Below, piece after piece: positions 58,024 to 64,000 of a stretch of DNA of 64,000 bases. The notes beneath the pieces are model-generated. The model searched no databases and had not been told where the DNA came from. It saw only the letters and a list, made by a program, of their open reading frames with translations. This DNA is from Eubacteriales bacterium (GTDB lineage Bacteria; Bacillota; Clostridia; Oscillospirales; CAG-272). The position numbers were made by a program, and so were the translations under genes. The DNA is taken from positions 12,268 to 76,267 of the forward strand of contig JAZQYD010000090.1 of the NCBI GenBank assembly GCA_045633405.1, written 5' to 3'. Numbering within the stretch: position 1 is the first letter of the stretch; the number at the start of each line of letters is the position of its first letter.

Positions 58024-59073
58024 TCACATTTTAGTTTTTGATTGCTCATACATATCGGCCAGCTGTGCTGTGATGTTCTTATTCTGTCCCTTGAATCTCA
58101 GCGGAATAAAACTGTTAACCCTCGATAGACCCTTCGCTACACAGTCGATCGCATCTGTGGGCTTTGTCACGGAAATGCCCAGAACCTTCTCTAGGAGCAT
58201 ATCTATTCCGTAGAGCTCAGCTCCGCCTCCGGTCAGGATTATACCGCTCTCGAATACGTCCTCAACAGCCTCCGCAGGTATTCCCTTCACTATTTCGATA
58301 ATAGCGAGAATCAACCGCTGAATAGGATCCTCGAAAACGCCGACTATATCCTCGGTTGTTATATTCATTCGGAGTTTATTTCCTGTTAAGGCAAGTGTAC
58401 CGTCTATGTCAATGCTGTCGTTAGGCTTGCCCTTCCATACAGCACCGAGGCGTTCCTTGATAGCTCTTGCAACAGACAGAGAAATGTTCACATCACCCTG
58501 ATCAAGAACGAATTGCTTTACCGCCTTATCAAAATCCTCGCCTCCGATTTCAGCTCGGTTTGATAATATAATCTTACCCTTATGTAGTACTGACATCTCG
58601 GTCGACAGAGCTCCGATATTAACCGATATAACGCTAATGTTAGGAGAATATCCTGCACCGATGAGTGCGGCGACAGATCTGGAAACAGACAGTGCGGAAT
58701 CAACCCCCGCTCCTGCAAGCATCGCAAATAGCTCCTTCTCCTGCTTGGGGAGAAAATCGGCAGGCACGCCTATTACGCACCGTATCCTATCCGTCTCGCC
58801 AAGTGCACCGATAGCCTTATGAATTATCTCCTCTGTCAGCTGGTGATCAAACAAAATGCCATTTTTAAAGGGACGAACCATAACGCCGAGAGGAGCCGTT
58901 CCCTCCTCCGGAGTGTAAGACATTGCATCATTTCCGACGGCGATTATACGGCTTCTGTCACTTCGTGCTTCTTTTTGAATCAAAGCTATGGATGGCTCTC
59001 GGTATATCTCGCAAGTAACGTCACTAAGAGTTATATTCGCATAACCGAGGTCGAGTCCGATCTTCGTTACCAT
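58024..59073 (-). CDS. MreB-like actin-family protein with degenerate nucleotide-binding motifs
   Basis: Collinear with MreB (EPSIAL, VRPFKNGILFD, IGVPADF, LTGGGAEL). However, phosphate-1 is DLGYANI (canonical DLGTANT) and phosphate-2 is NIGALSTEM (canonical DIGGGTTE). Confidence 0.75.
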   Translation of the reverse strand: MVTKIGLDLGYANITLSDVTCEIYREPSIALIQKEARSDRSRIIAVGNDAMSYTPEEGTAPLGVMVRPFKNGILFDHQLTEEIIHKAIGALGETDRIRCVIGVPADFLPKQEKELFAMLAGAGVDSALSVSRSVAALIGAGYSPNISVISVNIGALSTEMSVLHKGKIILSNRAEIGGEDFDKAVKQFVLDQGDVNISLSVARAIKERLGAVWKGKPNDSIDIDGTLALTGNKLRMNITTEDIVGVFEDPIQRLILAIIEIVKGIPAEAVEDVFESGIILTGGGAELYGIDMLLEKVLGISVTKPTDAIDCVAKGLSRVNSFIPLRFKGQNKNITAQLADMYEQSKTKM

Positions 59074-59206
59074 GCCGTATCTCCTTTCCGTCTTTTTTGA
59101 TTATATAATCACTTTCGATTTTATCTTTATACTAACCAAAAGAAATCCATAATAATTATATCATAAATTTATAAAAAAGCAAGTGATTATAAATAAATAT
59201 TTTAAA

Positions 59207-61405
59207 TTAAACCTCGAATAGCTTTTTAACTCTATCAGATAACGTTGTGTATCTCATTATTTGTCGGTTATTATTCACCATTATCTCGGGTATATCACTG
59301 CGACCTACAAGAATAACCATTCTGCGAGCTCTGGTTACTGCAGTGTAGAGTAAATTTCTTGTCATAAGCATAGGAGGACACGAATACATGGGAATGATGA
59401 CCACGTTGTATTCGGATCCCTGACTCTTATGAACGGTTATAGCATATGCGAGCTCTAACTCATCTAGGTTATCAAACGGATATTCAACGAGTCTGTCATC
59501 GAATCTTATCGTCATATACTCGTTTACGTAATTGATACTTTCGATAACACCGATATCGCCATTGAATATTCCAACGCCGTCAATTCCATACTTCTGCCAT
59601 TCGATCTCGTAGTTGTTGGCGATCTGCATTACCCTGTCCCCCTCTCGGAAGACAGTGCCGTGAGCTACACGCTCCTTTTTCACTCCCGTATGGGGATTGA
59701 TACGCTCTTGGAGCTCCTTATTGAGGGTATCGACACCACCGCTTCCCTTACGTGACGGCGTTATTACCTGAATCTCATCACGAATGCTTTGTCCGTAAGC
59801 ACGCGGAAGTCTTTCGAGAACCAGGCTCGCCACCGTTTCTGCTATCTCTCTTTCGTTCTCTCTGCGAACGAAGAAGAAGTCGTTATCGGTTATATTCAAT
59901 ATCGGCGGCTTACCCTCGTTTATATTATGAGCATTGGTTACTATAAGACTCTCTTTCGACTGTCTGAATATCTCGGTAAGGCGAGTGAGCGGTATGACGC
60001 CTGAATCGATCAGATCGAAGAGCACGTTTCCCGCACCTACACTCGGCAGCTGATCAGCGTCACCGATCAGAACAAGCCTCGATCCACGTGATATGGCATG
60101 CAGAAGAGCATCCATGAGGGTAAGATCGATCATCGATGCCTCATCTACGATAATAACCTTCTCGTCGAGAGGACATCTTGTATTTCTGTTAAATCTGATT
60201 TCGTCCTGAGAGCTACGCTCCATTTCCAGCATTCTGTGTATAGTCTTAGCCTCTTCTCCGGTAGACTCCGACAAACGCTTCGCCGCACGGCCGGTAGGAG
60301 CCGCAAGAACTGTCTTCAGACCCATATTATCGAATATGCTGATGAGGGCCTTTACTACTGTTGTCTTACCCGTACCGGGGCCTCCCGTTATAACCGATAC
60401 TCCGGAAGCAAGAGCGGCAAACAGAGCCTCTCTCTGGAGCTTTGCATACGAAATATCAAACTTTCCTTCCACACTCTCGATAATCGAGGCGATATCAGCA
60501 TTGCTGAAGGTTACAGCCGACGTGGTCATCTCATACAAACGCCACGAGATGTATTTTTCTGCATCTGCAACCTCTGATGTAGATATATACACAGTATCAG
60601 ACATCTTATATGACGCAAGATCATTATCTTCAAGCATTCTTTTTATGGCTGAGGCTACACTGTCGCTATCGATTTCTAAAAGTTCTGTCGCACCGAGTAC
60701 AAGCTTCTCCTCAGGTAAGCAAGTGTGACCGTTCAGGTTAGCATTGTATGAAAGCAGATAAAGGACTCCGGCCGCAATTCTCTCATGCCTATCCTTCGAG
60801 AATCCCATGCTCGCAGCAATCTCATCAGCCTTTGTAAAGGTTATACCATATCCGCCACCTGCAAGAATATAAGGATTATCTTTGATAATTCCTACCGCAG
60901 AGGCACCGAGACGCTTATAAACCTTCGTGATCTCGCCCGTACCCATATGATCCTTTAAGAACACCATAACGTTACGGAAGTCAGCCTGCTCGCGGAAGGA
61001 TTCGGAAATAGCGGCAGCCTTTTTCCTCGTAATACCAGGTATGTCGGCAAGCCACTCGGGATGGTTCTCTATAACGTCGAAGGTGTCCATTCCAAATTTA
61101 TTAACGATCTTAACAGCTGTTACAGGGCCGACACCCTTTATCGTGCTTCCCGAAAGATATTGAATAATGCCTTCTATCTCGACAGGAAGAGTACGCTCAA
61201 AGGCGGTAAAATTAAATTGTTTACCAAATTCCTTATGATATCCCCATCCACCCGTCATAGTAACAACCTCTCCCTCGTTTATAAGAGGGGCTATTCCGAC
61301 TGCAGTGACGAGCTCATCTCCTACCGCCAGCTCAAGAACGGTATAATCGTTTTTTTCATTTCTATATACGACACTCTCAACAGTTCCGCTTATTGTTTCG
61401 CTCAT
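59207..61405 (-). CDS. recD2: RecD2-type (YrrC-like) ATP-dependent DNA helicase
   Basis: N-terminal OB/HhH modules, SF1B motifs GGPGTGKTT, VDEASM, GDADQLPSVGAG, and C-terminal TVHKSQGSE. Confidence 0.9.
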   Translation of the reverse strand: MSETISGTVESVVYRNEKNDYTVLELAVGDELVTAVGIAPLINEGEVVTMTGGWGYHKEFGKQFNFTAFERTLPVEIEGIIQYLSGSTIKGVGPVTAVKIVNKFGMDTFDVIENHPEWLADIPGITRKKAAAISESFREQADFRNVMVFLKDHMGTGEITKVYKRLGASAVGIIKDNPYILAGGGYGITFTKADEIAASMGFSKDRHERIAAGVLYLLSYNANLNGHTCLPEEKLVLGATELLEIDSDSVASAIKRMLEDNDLASYKMSDTVYISTSEVADAEKYISWRLYEMTTSAVTFSNADIASIIESVEGKFDISYAKLQREALFAALASGVSVITGGPGTGKTTVVKALISIFDNMGLKTVLAAPTGRAAKRLSESTGEEAKTIHRMLEMERSSQDEIRFNRNTRCPLDEKVIIVDEASMIDLTLMDALLHAISRGSRLVLIGDADQLPSVGAGNVLFDLIDSGVIPLTRLTEIFRQSKESLIVTNAHNINEGKPPILNITDNDFFFVRRENEREIAETVASLVLERLPRAYGQSIRDEIQVITPSRKGSGGVDTLNKELQERINPHTGVKKERVAHGTVFREGDRVMQIANNYEIEWQKYGIDGVGIFNGDIGVIESINYVNEYMTIRFDDRLVEYPFDNLDELELAYAITVHKSQGSEYNVVIIPMYSCPPMLMTRNLLYTAVTRARRMVILVGRSDIPEIMVNNNRQIMRYTTLSDRVKKLFEV

Positions 61406-61470
61406 ACCGTCCTCCTAAAATTATATATAATTATTATAGCATTGTACTAATTGAAAATCAATAGGGATAT

Positions 61471-61500
61471 AAAAAACGACTCGAAGTCGAGTCGTTTTTT
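61471..61500 (-). terminator. Terminator after metK (bidirectional architecture)
   Basis: AAAAAACGACTCGAAGTCGAGTCGTTTTTT; a perfect palindromic stem with A- and T-runs. Confidence 0.75.
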
Positions 61501-61504
61501 ATAT

Positions 61505-62689
61505 TTATCCAAGACAGATGGAGCGGAGCTCGTCAGCGATGTCGCACTCCTCCCACTTTACTCCGAGATCCTCACGTCCCATATGACCGTATGCCGAAAG
61601 ATCCTTGTATATAGGCTTTCTGAGATCAAGCTTCTCAATGATTGCCGCGGGTCTGAGGTCAACGAGCTTGCTGACTGCATCTGCGATCTTCTCCTCGGGG
61701 CAAACAGCAGTGCCGAAGGTCTCTATCATTACGGAGACGGGCTTCGCTACACCGATAGCGTATGCGAGCTGAACCTCACACTTGGTAGCAAGTCCTGCCT
61801 TAACAATATTCTTAGCAACGTATCTCGCCGCATAGGATGCACTTCTGTCAACCTTTGTGGGATCCTTACCCGAGAATGCTCCGCCGCCGTGACGGGAGTA
61901 TCCGCCGTACGTATCAACGATAATCTTTCTTCCGGTAAGACCTGTGTCGCCCTGAGGTCCGCCGATAACGAATCTGCCGGTGGGGTTTACGTAAATATTT
62001 ACCTTGCCGGTCATAAGCTCAGAGGGAACAGTAGGAAGAATAACCTGCTCTATAATGTCCTTACGGATAGTAGCACTGTCTATCTCTGCACTGTGCTGAG
62101 AGGATACAACGATGGTATCAATTCTGGCAGGCTTACCGTCAATATATTCAACTGTAACCTGAGTCTTACCGTCGGGACGAAGGTAGGAAAGCTTACCTGA
62201 CTTACGTACCTCGGTAAGTCTCTTGGCAAGCTGATGAGCAAGAGAAATGGGCAAAGGCATAAGCTCGGGTGTCTCATCGCAAGCAAATCCGAACATAATG
62301 CCCTGGTCACCTGCTCCGGTATCAAGTGCATCGGTAGATTCGCCCTCCTTAGCCTCAAGGCACTTATCCACTCCGAGAGCTATATCAGCACTCTGCTCAT
62401 GGATTGAGGAAAGCACGGCACAGGTAGTGCAGTCAAAGCCGTATTTAGCTCTGTCATAGCCTATCTCGGCGACAGTCTCTCTTACGATATTCTGCACGTC
62501 ATACTTAGCGTTAGTCGTAATCTCGCCCATAACGGTGATTACACCGGTAGTAGCAAAGGTCTCGCAAGCTACTCTGCTCGCAGGGTCCTGTCTGAGAATC
62601 TCATCGAGAATAGCATCCGATATCTTATCGCAGATCTTATCGGGATGTCCCTCGGTTACAGACTCCGACGTGAATAAAAATCTATTCAT
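61505..62689 (-). CDS. metK: S-adenosylmethionine synthase
   Basis: [44 protein letters not shown] signatures. Confidence 0.97.
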   Translation of the reverse strand: MNRFLFTSESVTEGHPDKICDKISDAILDEILRQDPASRVACETFATTGVITVMGEITTNAKYDVQNIVRETVAEIGYDRAKYGFDCTTCAVLSSIHEQSADIALGVDKCLEAKEGESTDALDTGAGDQGIMFGFACDETPELMPLPISLAHQLAKRLTEVRKSGKLSYLRPDGKTQVTVEYIDGKPARIDTIVVSSQHSAEIDSATIRKDIIEQVILPTVPSELMTGKVNIYVNPTGRFVIGGPQGDTGLTGRKIIVDTYGGYSRHGGGAFSGKDPTKVDRSASYAARYVAKNIVKAGLATKCEVQLAYAIGVAKPVSVMIETFGTAVCPEEKIADAVSKLVDLRPAAIIEKLDLRKPIYKDLSAYGHMGREDLGVKWEECDIADELRSICLG

Positions 62690-62711
62690 TTTTTATCTCC
62701 TTCTTGCCTAT

Positions 62712-62842
62712 CAATAAAAAAACGGAAACTGTCACAAGCGACAATCCCCGAATGAAGCAACTCATCTCTCAGGAATTGGCACCTTATATAAAACAGGTTG
62801 CCGGGCTTCACAGGGCCAGTCCCTCCGCCACTCTTGATAAGC
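62712..62842 (-). promoter_or_regulatory. SAM-I (S-box) riboswitch with intrinsic terminator, metK leader
   Basis: Minus strand reads CTTATCAAGAGTGGCGGAGGGACTGGCCCTGTGAAGCCCGGCAACCTG...GGTGCCAATTCCTGAGAGATGAG, which matches the S-box core. It is followed by an 11-bp hairpin (CGGGGATTGTC/GACAGTTTCCG) and TTTTTTT. Confidence 0.88.
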
Positions 62843-62863
62843 ACTGTTAAATTTTACTCTTAC

Positions 62864-62892
62864 ATTTTATCATACTGATAGACAAAATGCAA
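62864..62892 (-). promoter_or_regulatory. Candidate sigma-A promoter of the S-box-metK unit
   Basis: Minus strand reads TTGCAT, 17-nt spacer, TAAAAT, about 20 nt upstream of the riboswitch P1. Confidence 0.5.
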
Positions 62893-62910
62893 TAGTTTTT
62901 TCTTATTTTT

Positions 62911-62950
62911 GCGAAAAAATCTCCTCTCTTTTTTTCGAGAGGAGATAAAA
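62911..62950 (-). terminator. Terminator after pfk
   Basis: ATCTCCTCTC / GAGAGGAGAT 10-bp stem with a T-run on the minus strand. Confidence 0.75.
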
Positions 62951-62954
62951 AATA

Positions 62955-64000
62955 TTATATCACAATGTGCTTAGGCATACCGAACTCATATACAGGTGCG
63001 ACCTCGCCCTCGATGAGAGGAGCAAGATAACGAATTCCCTCTTCGGTAATGCCGTTTCCACGCTCATTTATAAACGCATCGGGAACAGTTCTGATCTCAT
63101 TTGCAATACCTGCAATATCCGCGGTAGCAACCGAAACAGAATATTCATCCTTATCATCACGTACAAACGTCATCATAACTGCGGTCTTACCGTCAACTGC
63201 TGCTGCAACTGCACCCTTGCCGACTCTAACAGACTCGGTAATATCGGTAAGAGATGCGATATGAGAAGCACAACGCTGAGGAAGGCTGAGCTCGATAGAT
63301 CTGACCTTACAGCCTATCTTCTCCTTAACTATACCCTCAAGCACCTTACCGGTACCCGAAAGATACTTGTGTCCGAATACGTCTACTGCACCCGACTGAG
63401 TTCCTGCTCCAACGTACTCTCCGTTAGCAAATCTAACACCCTCTGATACTGCAACAAGAACAGCGGGATGTCTATCAAGAGCTTCCTTAACGTCGGATAC
63501 AAACTCATCAAGATCAAAGCTTCTCTCGGGAAGATAAATGAGATCGGGAGCATCACCCGAAAGTGCGGGAAGAGCCGCAGAGGCAGTGAGCCAACCTGCA
63601 TCACGTCCCATAACCTCAACTATTGTAACAGCCTTAACGGTGTAAACGGAAACGTCACGCTTGATTTCCTTCATAGTAGTAGCCACAAACTTAGCCGCAG
63701 AGCCAAATCCGGGAGTATGGTCAGTAGCAACAAGGTCATTATCAATGGTCTTGGGCACTCCGACGACACGCATCTCGTAATCGTGAGATGCTGCATACTG
63801 AGAAAGCTTAAGAACTGTATCCATAGAATCGTTTCCGCCTATGTAGAAGAAATAGCGGATATCATTCTTCTTAAAGATCTCGAGCATCTTAGCGTAGGTC
63901 TCAGCATCTTCAAGATGCGACTTGAGCTTACGTCTGCAAGAGCCGAGAGCAGCGGCGGGAGTATTCTCAAGTGCCACAATCTTATCCTCGGTATCAAAGA
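62955..64000 (-). CDS. 6-phosphofructokinase family enzyme (PPi- or ATP-dependent clade with GGNDSMDT motif), N-terminus outside the window
   Basis: IGGNDSMDT, GVPKTIDND, MGRDAGW motifs. The reading frame stays open to the window edge (…DTEDKIVALENTP). Confidence 0.85.
   Translation of the reverse strand, partial: FDTEDKIVALENTPAAALGSCRRKLKSHLEDAETYAKMLEIFKKNDIRYFFYIGGNDSMDTVLKLSQYAASHDYEMRVVGVPKTIDNDLVATDHTPGFGSAAKFVATTMKEIKRDVSVYTVKAVTIVEVMGRDAGWLTASAALPALSGDAPDLIYLPERSFDLDEFVSDVKEALDRHPAVLVAVSEGVRFANGEYVGAGTQSGAVDVFGHKYLSGTGKVLEGIVKEKIGCKVRSIELSLPQRCASHIASLTDITESVRVGKGAVAAAVDGKTAVMMTFVRDDKDEYSVSVATADIAGIANEIRTVPDAFINERGNGITEEGIRYLAPLIEGEVAPVYEFGMPKHIVI

Noticed and set aside
1-64000. Window-wide look for CRISPR repeats, tRNA/rRNA genes, IS elements, integrases, toxin-antitoxin pairs and defence-system hallmark proteins.
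   Set aside because: None seen. Every ORF longer than 100 aa on the supported strand is accounted for by housekeeping, sporulation or sugar-locus genes, or by small hypotheticals. No regularly spaced direct repeats were noticed in the intergenic regions.

Overview
This window looks like a core chromosomal segment of a spore-forming Firmicute. The taxon is an inference from gene content: spoVT, spoIIGA-sigE, SpoVD-type PBP, SpoVE/FtsW, whiA, an ECF transporter and RecD2. A Clostridia/Oscillospiraceae-like organism seems likely. I saw no rRNA, tRNA, CRISPR array, transposase, integrase, phage gene or recognisable defence system.

About 61 protein genes are supported, nearly all housekeeping:
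- ecfA1-ecfA2-ecfT, ruvC, ispE, and rpsF-ssb-rpsR.
- A small sugar-type locus: a Gfo/Idh/MocA oxidoreductase, an AraC regulator and two tandem DUF4838-like paralogs.
- spoVT, a Wzz/BY-kinase/PHP-phosphatase triad with an adjacent lipoprotein, and dnaG-rpoD.
- hflX-yigZ, rpmE, spoIIGA-sigE, mrp, a ClpE-like ATPase, dnaE, whiA and murB.
- recN-argR-nadK-tlyA-xseB-xseA-(Kae1-like)-nusB, ruvAB and ispDF.
- A dcw cluster: mraZ-rsmH-X-pbp-murE-murF-mraY-ftsW-murG-ftsZ.
- An MreB-like gene, recD2, SAM-I riboswitch-metK, and a partial pfk.

The most unusual thing I can see is a 1.35-kb ORF-free, AT-rich, strand-asymmetric gap (56441-57790). It lies between the convergent ftsZ and mreB-like operons. 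Its right end carries a cluster of DnaA-box-like 9-mers, placed exactly where the A/T skew flips.

Secondary oddities:
- An MreB paralog with degenerate phosphate-binding motifs, translationally coupled to a 38-aa membrane peptide.
- The tandem DUF4838-like pair.
- A trimmed dcw cluster with an atypical protein in the FtsL slot.

I found no convincing new multi-gene system. All calls rest on reading the supplied translations and sequence by eye, with no database search. Hand-counted coordinates of small motifs may be off by 1-2 nt.
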